From assembly GCA_013289475.1 (NCBI GenBank), contig JABCZW010000002.1, forward strand, positions 12,265 through 76,264: a DNA stretch of 64,000 bases, in the 5' to 3' direction. This DNA comes from Bacteroidota bacterium (GTDB taxonomy: Bacteria; Bacteroidota; Bacteroidia; JABEUT01). The position numbers were made by a program, and so were the translations under genes. Positions 10,620-19,677 of the stretch are shown piece after piece. The notes beneath the pieces were generated by a model. The model was not told the origin of the DNA. It did no database searches and saw only the letters and a program-made list of their open reading frames with translations. Position 1 is the stretch's first letter. The number at the start of each line of letters is the position of its first letter.

Positions 10620-12485
10620 ATGTCAGATACTCCTGTTAGAAAAGGTCACCCAAGAGCATTATACATATTGTTCTTTACCGAAATGTGGGAACGTTTTGGC
10701 TATTACCTGATGGTCGGTATATTTTTGTTATACCTTATAGGGCCTGCTATACATGGCGGTAAAGGTTTCGATACTGCAACTGCTACCGACATTGTTGGTT
10801 CGTACCTGGCGCTGGTTTATTTAACTCCTTTTATAGGCGGTCTATTGGCTGACCGAATTTTAGGTTACAGGCGGTCTATTATAATAGGTGGTTTATTAAT
10901 GGCACTTGGTTATTTTGGACTTGCACTTCCCGGAGATATGGCCATGTATATTTCACTGGCACTTATAATTATTGGTAATGGCTTTTTTAAACCCAATATA
11001 AGTACGCTATTGGGTAACATTTATAATGCAGATGATTTAAAACCTAAGAAAGACGTTGCCTACAATATCTTTTACATGGGTATAAATATAGGAGCGTTCT
11101 TTTGCAATTTTGTTGCTGCCATTCTTCGTCACAAATATGGCTGGGGATATGCATTTGCGGCAGCAGGTGTGGGAATGATAATAGGCCTCATTACCTTCAT
11201 TGTTGGAATGCGGGACGAAAACATTAAAAAAAGTGATGTGGTTAAACCTGCCCAGAAAGAAGATATGTCGCTGGGGAAAGTGTTTGGTTCCGTATTTATA
11301 CCCGCCATTGTTTTTGCCATTATAGGATGGCACATGAAGGGTTGGATAGGCCACCCGGTTTTTGCTAAGGTTTCAAATGATGCATTCTTTTTTGCCTGTA
11401 TACCTATCATTATATTTTACCTGGGTATTCTTTTTAAAGCGAATAAGGAAGATAAAAGAGGGTTGGGGGCATTGCTTGCTTTTTTTGCAGCTTCAATTGT
11501 TTTCTGGGTTATATATAACCAGAATAGTACTGCGCTTACCATCTGGGCCGATCAGTACACCAAGCGTGATATGCCCAAGGCTATGGAAAATGTAGCCAAG
11601 CCTTTAGATATTTTGCAAACTGTTACACTCGATTCGTCGACCATTGCCAAAATAGATAATCATTTTGTGCAACAATCTATTTCAAGTGACATGGTTGGAA
11701 AGATTGATTCAACCATGAAATTAGATACAACCACAAAGAAAATGTACCCGGTATATACAGTTACCATACATTCAAAAAAGGATAATACGTATGTGGGCAG
11801 AGGAATATTTGATGCCGTTAGTGATCAGAAAAATATGAAGGAGGAACGCCAGAATGCCATGGATGACATGAAGGAAGGCAAGGCGCTGAATATTCTTTCG
11901 CAAGATCCATATCTTCAAAACTTGCCTAAAGACAAGTGGCCTAAGAAGGATGAAAAATTGGGCCTATTCTCGCCTGAGCTTTACCAGTCGGCTAACCCTA
12001 TAGATATAGTTATACTTACACCTCTTATTTTGGGTATTATAAGCTTCTTTAGTATGCGAAAGAGGACTCCTTCTACAGTAGGTAAAGTTGCTATTGGTAT
12101 GATAATTGCCGGACTTTCATCATTGCTTATGGTATTTGCTGCCAAGAGCTGCAATATTTATTTAGACAAAACAAGTATGGGCTGGCTGCTTGGTACATAT
12201 GCCATATTTTCGGCGGGTGAGTTGCTGATAAGCCCTATCGGATTATCGATGGTGTCTAAACTTGCGCCTGCGCGGTTAACAGCATTAATGATGGGCGCAT
12301 GGTTCCTTATTAATTCTATGGCAGGAAAAATAGCCGGTATGATGGCTGGGTACTGGGATAATTTCCAGGATAAGAGCAGTTATTTCATGATTTTATTCGT
12401 TGCTTCATTAGTTGCAGCAGCCATAATATTTATGATGTCGAAATGGTTAAGCGCTGTAGTAAAAGAAAAGACAGGCAGTAAATAA
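10620..12485 (+). CDS. Proton-dependent oligopeptide transporter (POT/PTR2, di-/tripeptide permease) with a large hydrophilic insertion
   Basis: Start moved to the ATG at 10620 (MSDTPVRKGHPRALYILFFTEMWERFGYYLM carries the POT ExxERFxYY motif). FYMGINIGAF is present. An insertion of about 150 aa lies between the two transmembrane halves. Confidence 0.9.
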   Translation: MSDTPVRKGHPRALYILFFTEMWERFGYYLMVGIFLLYLIGPAIHGGKGFDTATATDIVGSYLALVYLTPFIGGLLADRILGYRRSIIIGGLLMALGYFGLALPGDMAMYISLALIIIGNGFFKPNISTLLGNIYNADDLKPKKDVAYNIFYMGINIGAFFCNFVAAILRHKYGWGYAFAAAGVGMIIGLITFIVGMRDENIKKSDVVKPAQKEDMSLGKVFGSVFIPAIVFAIIGWHMKGWIGHPVFAKVSNDAFFFACIPIIIFYLGILFKANKEDKRGLGALLAFFAASIVFWVIYNQNSTALTIWADQYTKRDMPKAMENVAKPLDILQTVTLDSSTIAKIDNHFVQQSISSDMVGKIDSTMKLDTTTKKMYPVYTVTIHSKKDNTYVGRGIFDAVSDQKNMKEERQNAMDDMKEGKALNILSQDPYLQNLPKDKWPKKDEKLGLFSPELYQSANPIDIVILTPLILGIISFFSMRKRTPSTVGKVAIGMIIAGLSSLLMVFAAKSCNIYLDKTSMGWLLGTYAIFSAGELLISPIGLSMVSKLAPARLTALMMGAWFLINSMAGKIAGMMAGYWDNFQDKSSYFMILFVASLVAAAIIFMMSKWLSAVVKEKTGSK

Positions 12486-12505
12486 TTCATCACCATATAT
12501 CAATT

Positions 12506-12545
12506 AAAAAGCCCCACCCCGAGCATTCGGGGCGAGGCTTTTTTA
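12506..12545. terminator. Bidirectional-looking rho-independent terminator after the POT gene
   Basis: aaaaaGCCCCACCCCGAgcatTCGGGGCGAGGCtttttt. A GC-rich imperfect hairpin flanked by an A-run and a T-run. Confidence 0.65.
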
Positions 12546-12572
12546 TTAACACCACCTGCATTAACTTGTTTA

Positions 12573-12646
12573 CCCCAAACCCCTAAAGGGCTTTGAAACA
12601 AGAATAGTCCTGTGTAAAGTTCTCAAAGCCCTTTAGGGGTTTGGGG
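12573..12646. repeat. Perfect 24-bp inverted repeat (ccccaaacccctaaagggctttga / tcaaagccctttaggggtttgggg) with a 26-nt spacer
   Basis: Arms at 12573-12596 and 12623-12646 are exact reverse complements. A third solo copy lies at 12905-12929. Confidence 0.9.
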
Positions 12647-12681
12647 CTGGCCGAATGAAGGGTGCACTTCTTTTAAGTATA

Positions 12682-12822
12682 GATTCCTCACTGCGTTCGG
12701 AATGACAATGGTTTTGCATGGGATAATAAAAGTAGAGGGTGCAGGCGAAGCCTGCACCCTCTACTTTTCAATAAACTAAATAATACTGTCATTCCGAATG
12801 TAGCGAAGCGAAATGAGGAATC
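12682..12822. repeat. Composite palindromic element: outer imperfect inverted repeat enclosing a perfect 15-bp-stem hairpin
   Basis: The outer arms share gattcctca...ttcggaatgaca (12682-12707) with tgtcattccgaa...tgaggaatc (12787-12822). The inner hairpin is gtagagggtgcaggc-gaa-gcctgcaccctctac (12732-12764), extendable by flanking aaaa/tttt. Confidence 0.85.
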
Positions 12823-12851
12823 CCGTCTTGTTAGTAGAGTAAGTAGAAACT

Positions 12852-12889
12852 AAAAAGCCCCGCCCCAAGTACTCGGGGCAGGGCTTTTT
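12852..12889. terminator. Bidirectional-looking rho-independent terminator serving the minus-strand gene 12943-14025
   Basis: aaaaaGCCCCGCCCCaagtactCGGGGCAGGGCttttt. Near-twin of the hairpin at 12506-12545. Confidence 0.6.
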
Positions 12890-12904
12890 ATAAAATATAT
12901 TGCC

Positions 12905-12929
12905 TCAAAGCCCCTTTAGGGGTTTGGGG
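12905..12929. repeat. Solo third copy of the tcaaagccc(c)tttaggggtttgggg repeat arm
   Basis: Identical to 12623-12646 except for one extra c. It lies 14 nt from the stop codon of the 12943 gene. Confidence 0.85.
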
Positions 12930-12942
12930 TTAATGAATGTCT

Positions 12943-14025
12943 TTACTGAACAACCGTGAATTTACCGTTACCAATTACATTGCCCGAATTATCGGCAATA
13001 TGGTAGAGGTACATACCGGCTGAATAAGCTGAGGCATTTATAACAGCAGCACCATTTTTCATTTCAGCATTTGTTATTTCCCTGCCTGTAATGTCAAATA
13101 CAAAAATGGTTGCAGCATTTTGCTGAGTATAGCGGAAAGTTACCTGGTTAGTACAAGGGTTAGGATAAACCAATGTGTTATTTTGTTTGCTTAACTCATT
13201 AATACTATTAGGTAAACCGGCATACCATTGCATCGATTGTACTTTTTTATTAGTACTATCTACTGTCATATTACCAACTAAATTTCCAATGCCATTAGCA
13301 TACCACCTGTATTGATACATTTTGGTAACTTGTCTTTGAAAAAAGGCCCATGTATGTGTTCCACTGTTATGTACCCATAAGCTATCAATATCATATTCAT
13401 AATGCTTTTGACATAATGTATTATATGTCTGCCCTGCCCATAACGGAGTAGTTAATGTGCCCCAGCCTGCAATTGTATCAGTGTAGGTAACATGAATAAC
13501 TCCTTTAGCTGAATCATAAATAATATAAGTTATTGCAATAGGCGCAATTGTGGCCATTGTTGTTCCTCCGCCAATATCACCAAAATGAGCAGGCAAATTC
13601 AGTTCAAGTACTGCAGGGCTGAATGGTATAATTGCGGTAGCGCCAGCTATATTTTGCACCGTACCTTCAATTGAAAATGAGCTGCCTGTTCCATTCCAAT
13701 AATTATAGCCTGCGTTTCCATAAGTGCTATCTGCCAGGTTTGCAGAAGGAAAAGAAGATGCATAAGGAGTAGATGAAGGATTAACAAATGAATCGGTATC
13801 CTGATAAGTAGTTGGCAAAAAGTTATAATTCCAGCTCATACTGGCCCCCATTGTTGGAACACTTATTTTAGAAGTTGAGGTTTTAACAGTATCGTGGTCA
13901 TTTACAAACTTATTGCCTATGGCAGGCATATCGGCAGAGGTAACGGTAATTTGGGCGCTTGAATTGCCTGAAAAGGCAAAAAGACTTACAACTACCAGGT
14001 TGAATAATAAGTAAATTTTTTTCAT
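12943..14025 (-). CDS. Secreted protein of unknown function with T9SS type-A C-terminal sorting domain
   Basis: Start moved to MKKIYLLFNLVVVSLFAFSGNSSAQ (ATG at 14025), because the 23 upstream codons lack signal-peptide character. C-terminus VYPNPCTNQVTFRY...GMYLYHIADNSGNVIGNGKFTVVQ. Confidence 0.65.
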   Translation of the reverse strand: MKKIYLLFNLVVVSLFAFSGNSSAQITVTSADMPAIGNKFVNDHDTVKTSTSKISVPTMGASMSWNYNFLPTTYQDTDSFVNPSSTPYASSFPSANLADSTYGNAGYNYWNGTGSSFSIEGTVQNIAGATAIIPFSPAVLELNLPAHFGDIGGGTTMATIAPIAITYIIYDSAKGVIHVTYTDTIAGWGTLTTPLWAGQTYNTLCQKHYEYDIDSLWVHNSGTHTWAFFQRQVTKMYQYRWYANGIGNLVGNMTVDSTNKKVQSMQWYAGLPNSINELSKQNNTLVYPNPCTNQVTFRYTQQNAATIFVFDITGREITNAEMKNGAAVINASAYSAGMYLYHIADNSGNVIGNGKFTVVQ

Positions 14026-14117
14026 GATATAAAGATTGCGTTGGTTATTAGATGGCAAATATAGGAAACCAAGCGGAACTTGGCGAATAGCCACTTAGAT
14101 TTACCTACTTTTGTATA

Positions 14118-14891
14118 ATGGTTAATAGCGTAAGGGCAAAAAAAAGACTAGGACAGCATTTCCTTAAAGATGAGGGGATTTGCGCTAAAGTAGCTGAGGC
14201 TGTTACTGCTAAGGATGGTGTTTTGCTGGAAATTGGCCCGGGTATGGGTGCGCTTACCAAACACTTAATGCCAAGCTGGGGTGAAAAGCTCTGGCTGGTT
14301 GAAATTGATGATGAGTCTATACCTTATTTAATAAACAACTTTCCTGCATTAAAAGAAAGAATACTGCATGCTGATTTTCTTAGATTGGATTTGGAGGACT
14401 TTTTTAAGGGTGAAAGATTCTCTATCGTTGGAAATTTCCCGTATAACATTTCCACCCAAATACTTTTTAAAGCTATTGAATATCGTAGTAAGGTAATTGA
14501 AGTTGTGGGTATGTTTCAGAAAGAAGTTGCAAAACGTATTTGTTCGCCCCCTGGTAACCGTGATTACGGAATACTTAGTGTATTGGTGCAGGCATATTTC
14601 GATACAAGTTATTTGTTTGATGTACCTCCAACTGTATTTATACCACCCCCGGCAGTTAACTCAGGCGTAATCAAACTTGTGCGGAAGGAAAACTTTGCAC
14701 TTGCCTGTAATGATGATGTATTTAAGCAGGTAGTGAAAATGGCATTCAACCAGCGCCGGAAAAAACTTTCTAACGCCTTATCTGCTATGCTGACTGATAA
14801 AGGTATAAAAGGTGAAATGTTAGATAAGAGGGCAGAACAACTGTCGTGGAAAGATTTTGAGAAACTTACTCAATTAATAGAAGGCGTTTAA
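14118..14891 (+). CDS. rsmA: 16S rRNA (adenine1518/1519-N6)-dimethyltransferase RsmA/KsgA
   Basis: 257-aa ORF. RAKKRLGQHFL N-terminus, SAM motif LLEIGPGMGALT, FSIVGNFPYNISTQILF. Confidence 0.92.
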   Translation: MVNSVRAKKRLGQHFLKDEGICAKVAEAVTAKDGVLLEIGPGMGALTKHLMPSWGEKLWLVEIDDESIPYLINNFPALKERILHADFLRLDLEDFFKGERFSIVGNFPYNISTQILFKAIEYRSKVIEVVGMFQKEVAKRICSPPGNRDYGILSVLVQAYFDTSYLFDVPPTVFIPPPAVNSGVIKLVRKENFALACNDDVFKQVVKMAFNQRRKKLSNALSAMLTDKGIKGEMLDKRAEQLSWKDFEKLTQLIEGV

Positions 14892-15268
14892 ACAGGCTGT
14901 TCTACAAATTGTAATTTTATTCCAACCACTTTTTCATACTCTTCACCAATTTCTTTTATATCAATGTCTGTAGGGTCGTAATGCCAAAGCACCTCAATAT
15001 TGGCCCCGGTTTCGTTCATGGCTTTTATCTTGGCAAGCAATTGTTTTAAACTAATTACCGAAGATGAGCTGATATAATCGAGCATGAATGACATCCGTAT
15101 TTTATCGGGGTTTGATTTTGGAATGTCCCCTACCCAATCAAGTACCGGCTGATAAAACGACCTTGCATTTTCAGGGAATGATTTGCCCGATATTTCATAC
15201 CTCTTTTTTCCCGGGTCAAAAATAACCTTGGGGCTGTTAAGCGTTTCTTTAATAAATAGTTTTTCCAT
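14888..15268 (-). CDS. SiaC-like regulatory phosphoprotein (DUF1987)
   Basis: 126-aa ORF. TLNSPKVIFDPGKKRYEISGKSFPENARSFYQPVLDWV matches my recollection of the DUF1987/SiaC N-terminus. It follows the kinase-like gene after a 7-nt gap. Confidence 0.6.
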   Translation of the reverse strand: MEKLFIKETLNSPKVIFDPGKKRYEISGKSFPENARSFYQPVLDWVGDIPKSNPDKIRMSFMLDYISSSSVISLKQLLAKIKAMNETGANIEVLWHYDPTDIDIKEIGEEYEKVVGIKLQFVEQPV

Positions 15269-15275
15269 AGATGAG

Positions 15276-15830
15276 TTATTTGTCGGAGATTATAGCAGTC
15301 ATCTCAAAAAGAGATACCTGTTCATCCAGAGGAATGCAATTAAAAGTAAAATTGTTGTTGCATTTTAGTGCTACAGTAATAAGCCCGAGCCCGGCACCAC
15401 CCTTAGCGGAATATTGGTCGTTACTCAATACTTCCATGTAGTGGTTTTTCAACTGCCGTTCATTCATTTTCTTAATATCGTCCAATGTCTCTTGTATTTT
15501 TTTTGCTGCCTGATTACTTACAACATTGGCACAAATAGCAACATAATCCTGCATGTTCTCGGCAAGCACAAAATAAAATGGTTTGCCATGCGTGGGCGAT
15601 GCGCTGTGTAAAAGCACATTTTGCAATAATTCAATAAGGATGTTGAAGGTCTTTTTTATAGTGCTTCTGCGGGCGCCTTGTGTTTCAAGCTGGTGCTCCG
15701 CCGTGTATGACAACATACTAACCCTGTCCTGGTCCATTTCGCCATGGTACGATACAATAATTCTCTTCCCCGGCCCTGTATAGCGGTTAAGTAGGTCAGA
15801 ATAACGGTTTTCGAGAACGGCCAGATTCAT
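15276..15830 (-). CDS. SiaB-like small GHKL-type protein kinase (anti-sigma-factor-like ATPase)
   Basis: 184-aa ORF. NILIELLQNVLLHS (N-box-like) and KGGAGLGLITVALK (G-box-like). Gene order is kinase then DUF1987, as in siaB-siaC. Confidence 0.55.
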   Translation of the reverse strand: MNLAVLENRYSDLLNRYTGPGKRIIVSYHGEMDQDRVSMLSYTAEHQLETQGARRSTIKKTFNILIELLQNVLLHSASPTHGKPFYFVLAENMQDYVAICANVVSNQAAKKIQETLDDIKKMNERQLKNHYMEVLSNDQYSAKGGAGLGLITVALKCNNNFTFNCIPLDEQVSLFEMTAIISDK

Positions 15831-15966
15831 TACAGGGGGTTAAAATAAAATGGGCATAACTTATTAAACGGCAAAATAGCACTATTCACCCTACAAAAAT
15901 AAAAATTCTTCTTAAATAATAGGCAATTGGTCTTTCTGTGCTATTTCGTTTTATCTTCGCAGACTT

Positions 15967-17997
15967 ATGAAAACGTTTAAGCGGTATACGGTTACAGCGG
16001 CTTTACCCTATGCTAATGGGCCTTTGCATATTGGCCATATAGCTGGCTGTTACCTGCCGGCAGATATTTATGTGCGATACCTACGCTCAAAAGGCAGAGA
16101 TGTGGTATTTATTTGTGGTTCGGATGAGCATGGTGTGCCAATAACTATAAGGGCGCGCAAAGAGAATATAACTCCCCAGCAGGTAGTAGACAAGTACCAC
16201 AACCAAATGAAGCAAACCTTTGAGGAAATGGGAATTGCTTTCAGCATTTATTCGCGTACATCGTCACCTGTCCATCATAAAACGGCATCCGATATTTTTA
16301 TGAAACTGTATAATAAGGGTATCTTCCAGGAATCGGTAACAGAACAATACTATGATGAAAAGGTAGGCCAGTTTTTGGCCGATAGATATATAACGGGTAC
16401 TTGTCCCAATTGTGGTAATCCTAATGCTTACGGCGACCAATGCGAAAAGTGCGGTACTTCTCTTAGTCCGCTCGATCTGAAGAATCCTGTATCGGCATTA
16501 AGTGGCGAAAAGCCTGTGTTGAGAGAAACAAAGAATTGGTTTTTGCCATTAGATAAACTTCAACCTCAAATTGAGGCATACATTAATAAGCATAGTGACT
16601 GGAAACCCAATGTTTTTGGTCAATGTAAATCGTGGCTGAGCCAGGGGTTACAACCCCGTGCTATGACCCGTGACTTAGACTGGGGCGTAAAAGTTCCGCT
16701 TAAAGGAGCTGAGAATAAAGTATTGTATGTGTGGTTTGATGCGCCAATTGGCTATATATCTGCCACTAAAGAGTTGACTAAAGATTGGGAGAAGTATTGG
16801 AAAGATGAAGATACCCGCCTTATACATTTTATCGGTAAGGATAATATAGTGTTCCATTGTATAATTTTCCCTTCTGTGTTAATGTGCGATGGTGATTATA
16901 TACTGCCCGACAATGTTCCGGCTAATGAGTTTTTGAATTTAGAAGGAGAAAAAATATCTACCTCGCGCAACTGGGCAGTATGGGTACACGAATACCTTTT
17001 AGATTTTCCCGGAAAGCAAGATGTGATGCGTTATGCATTATGTGCTAATGCACCGGAAGCAAAGGATAATGATTTTACCTGGAAGGATTTTCAGGCACGT
17101 AATAATAATGAACTGGTAGCGATACTTGGGAATTTTGTACACCGTACACAAGTACTTACGTGGAAATATTTTGATGGCAAGATTCCGCATGCAGAAGCTT
17201 ATGAAAAAAGTGATTTATTTGTAATGGAAGAACTGTCAAGGTTTCCACAAAAAATTGCTGACTCAATTGAGACCTTTCATTTCCGTGAAGCGCTTTCGGA
17301 GTTGATGAACCTGGCACGTATGGGGAATAAATACCTGGCTGATAATGAGCCATGGAAAGCGATTACTCATAACCCTAAAAGGGTGCAAACAGTATTAAAT
17401 ATATCGCAACAGATTTGTGCAAACCTTGCAGTATTGATGAAGCCCTTTATGCCGTTTACATCAGATAAGCTAAGCAAATTATTGAATGTTGCACCCCTGA
17501 ATTGGGATGCAGCAGGCAAAGCAACTATGCTGCCCGATGGGCATAAACTATCTGAAGCTACGATGCTTTTTGAACGTATTGAAGATGAAACTGTACAAAA
17601 GCAGGTGGATAAATTACATGCGAGTAAAACAGTTTCTGAAACTACAAAAACTGTTGCCCCTTCAAAAAACACTATTGCCTTTGAAGATTTTGAGAAAATG
17701 GACCTGCGTGTTGGAACTATTGTTAATGCTGAGAAGGTTTCAGGAGCAGATAAACTTTTAAAGCTTACAGTAAATACCGGAATAGATACCCGTACTGTAG
17801 TTTCGGGCATTGCAAAATATTATAAGCCCGAACAAATTATTGGCAAGCAAGTATGTTTATTAGTAAATTTGACGCCCCGTAAATTAAGGGGTATAGAATC
17901 TCAGGGAATGATATTAATGGCGGAAAATGCAGATGGAGAATTGATATTTGTGTCGCCTGTAAAAACTGAAACAGATAATGGAGCAATAGTGAAATAA
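15967..17997 (+). CDS. metG: Methionine--tRNA ligase with C-terminal tRNA-binding (Trbp111/EMAP-like) domain
   Basis: 676-aa ORF. HIGH motif [13 protein letters not shown], zinc knuckle CPNCGN...CEKCG, KMSKS variant KISTSRN, C-terminal [27 protein letters not shown]. Confidence 0.95.
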   Translation: MKTFKRYTVTAALPYANGPLHIGHIAGCYLPADIYVRYLRSKGRDVVFICGSDEHGVPITIRARKENITPQQVVDKYHNQMKQTFEEMGIAFSIYSRTSSPVHHKTASDIFMKLYNKGIFQESVTEQYYDEKVGQFLADRYITGTCPNCGNPNAYGDQCEKCGTSLSPLDLKNPVSALSGEKPVLRETKNWFLPLDKLQPQIEAYINKHSDWKPNVFGQCKSWLSQGLQPRAMTRDLDWGVKVPLKGAENKVLYVWFDAPIGYISATKELTKDWEKYWKDEDTRLIHFIGKDNIVFHCIIFPSVLMCDGDYILPDNVPANEFLNLEGEKISTSRNWAVWVHEYLLDFPGKQDVMRYALCANAPEAKDNDFTWKDFQARNNNELVAILGNFVHRTQVLTWKYFDGKIPHAEAYEKSDLFVMEELSRFPQKIADSIETFHFREALSELMNLARMGNKYLADNEPWKAITHNPKRVQTVLNISQQICANLAVLMKPFMPFTSDKLSKLLNVAPLNWDAAGKATMLPDGHKLSEATMLFERIEDETVQKQVDKLHASKTVSETTKTVAPSKNTIAFEDFEKMDLRVGTIVNAEKVSGADKLLKLTVNTGIDTRTVVSGIAKYYKPEQIIGKQVCLLVNLTPRKLRGIESQGMILMAENADGELIFVSPVKTETDNGAIVK

Positions 17998-18003
17998 ATA
18001 ATT

Positions 18004-18075
18004 GGCGCCGTAGTTCAATGGATAGAATAGAAGTTTCCTAAACTTTTGATATAGGTTCGATTCCTATCGGAGCCA
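18004..18075 (+). tRNA. tRNA-Arg (anticodon CCT)
   Basis: Hand-folded 72-nt cloverleaf. Acceptor GGCGCCG/CGGAGCC has one G4:A69 mismatch. D arm GTTC-AATGGATA-GAAT. Anticodon arm GAAGT-TTCCTAA-ACTTT. 4-nt variable loop. T arm ATAGG-TTCGATT-CCTAT. Discriminator A, no encoded CCA. Confidence 0.85.
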
Positions 18076-18096
18076 CTGGGTAAATAAACCCTTTTG

Positions 18097-18120
18097 AAAG
18101 CCTTATTTAATAAGGCTTTT
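18097..18120 (+). terminator. Hairpin terminator downstream of tRNA-Arg
   Basis: aaagccttat-ttaa-taaggctttt followed by a T-rich tract. Confidence 0.5.
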
Positions 18121-18274
18121 CACTTTTATGGCTTTTGTTTTTTTTTACTATAGAGTCGATGTTACACTACGCGGTTTTGAAGGACTCATAACATTGGCTT
18201 TATATATTTCATTTTCAATTAACATATTGTTAAACTGAAGCGGGTACTTTCGACCCCAATATATTAAAAATAAT

Positions 18275-19312
18275 ATGAAAAGAATCTCTTTAATGACTGT
18301 AGTTTCGGCTATAATAATGGCAATAGTTAGTAGCGGCTGTAAAGACAGGTATGTTGAAAAAATGAATTATACTTTTGTGGTTGCTGGCGATGACAGGGTT
18401 GCTCCTGAAGATACCGCAGGGAATCCGAGTACCATAAATATATACCATTTCAAACGCCTACTTGCAGAAGTAGCTCAACTCAGCCCTTTACCTAAATATT
18501 TGTTCTTTAATGGCGATTTGGTGTTGGGCTATACAGGCCATGATACTGTTAAACTGGCAAACGAACTAAGGGCTTGGATAAAGTTGTATAAAGAATCCCC
18601 TTTAGCTTCAAGTGGTGTGGAGCTGGTTGCCATACCCGGTAACCATGAGATTGTAGAAAAAGAAGGTTCAGGGAAAATAGCATTTGTAACAAATGAGAGA
18701 ATATTTGTGAGAGAGATGCATGATTACATACGGGGCGATAATGGCCCAAAAGCTACAGGCTTTGTTCCGGGAACAGATAGCTTATGGACAGATCAAAGCA
18801 GATTATCTTATTCATTTGACTTTGGAGGAGATCATTTTGTTATACTTAGCACCGATGCAGTAGCCCGTGAGAGCCGTATATCATGGCACTGGTTAAAAAA
18901 TGATTTAAAAGATGCTCATGAGAATGGTGCAAGGCATATATTCCTTTTTGGGCATAAACCTCCATTCCCGTCTCATTACGAATCTGAATCAGGTATGGAA
19001 GAGTTTAAAGCCAGTCGGGATAGTATGTGGGCCGTAATTGAAAAATATAATTGCGATGCTTATTTTGGATCTCATTTCCATTTATGGGATTCTGTGCAGA
19101 TGCACAAAGGCAAAACATGGGAAATAGTTTGCGGTAATTCGGGTGCACCAATGGGAAAAGACTGGCCACAAAGTTATTATGGTTATACAATTGTTGGTGT
19201 TTCTGATAAAGTTGATATTACAAGCATGGGCCATGATGTGGATAAGGAGCATTATACGGCTCCTACGCCTGATAAACCAACCACAGTACGCGCCAAGTTT
19301 ACTATTCAATAA
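18275..19312 (+). CDS. Calcineurin-like metallophosphoesterase lipoprotein
   Basis: 345-aa ORF. Lipobox AIVSSGC. MPE motifs VVAGDDRV, NGDLVLG, IPGNHE, LFGHKPP, GSHFHLW. Confidence 0.8.
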   Translation: MKRISLMTVVSAIIMAIVSSGCKDRYVEKMNYTFVVAGDDRVAPEDTAGNPSTINIYHFKRLLAEVAQLSPLPKYLFFNGDLVLGYTGHDTVKLANELRAWIKLYKESPLASSGVELVAIPGNHEIVEKEGSGKIAFVTNERIFVREMHDYIRGDNGPKATGFVPGTDSLWTDQSRLSYSFDFGGDHFVILSTDAVARESRISWHWLKNDLKDAHENGARHIFLFGHKPPFPSHYESESGMEEFKASRDSMWAVIEKYNCDAYFGSHFHLWDSVQMHKGKTWEIVCGNSGAPMGKDWPQSYYGYTIVGVSDKVDITSMGHDVDKEHYTAPTPDKPTTVRAKFTIQ

Positions 19313-19677
19313 CTTGGTTGTTGAGGTGCAACTGAATAGTGCTAACCCTATTTAAGGATTGTTAATACACGAATTTCTTTATCCTTATAAGGATATTATA
19401 TGAATGTTCTTTCATGAATATCTTATATGTCCTTATAAATTTTTCAATCAATATAAGGCGACAGATCACTTCGTCGTAGTTTCTATTAACTGATAGAAAG
19501 CCTTTATTTGTAGGATGCATTTAGATAAGAGACTGTAGTGTATTGAAAATAATATTTCACCCCTTATATAGTCACAGTAATGACTTAACAATAAATAACT
19601 GCCATCCTTTACATAAATAATTAACCCCTGCTCTTTGAGCAAGGGTTAATATGATTCAATAAAAGAGGTTAAATATA

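Noticed and set aside
12573-12929. Possible CRISPR array, because of repeated ~24-nt sequences.
   Set aside because: The copies are inverted rather than direct and the spacing is irregular. There are only three copies and no cas genes are present. These are palindromic intergenic repeats.
14026-14094. N-terminal extensions proposed by the ORF track: 14094 for the 12943 gene, 21210 for 19678, 24258 for 21361, 60236 for 59445, 46020 (GTG) for 41791, 10596 (TTG) for the POT gene and 29283 (TTG) for PorP/SprF.
   Set aside because: Internal ATG codons are followed directly by canonical signal peptides or lipoboxes. The extensions overlap -7 promoter boxes or the upstream gene, so I used the shorter starts.
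14106-14113. TACTTTTG, a perfect TAnnTTTG box, only 4 nt upstream of the rsmA ATG.
   Set aside because: The spacing would imply a leaderless or internal transcription start. I cannot decide this without transcript data, so I did not call it a promoter.
14886-14893. rsmA and the SiaC-like gene converge and overlap by 4 nt within TTTAAA (both stop codons share the palindrome).
   Set aside because: The overlap is real but unremarkable. Convergent stop overlaps at palindromic TTTAAA or TTAA occur by chance in AT-rich genomes, and no regulatory inference is justified.
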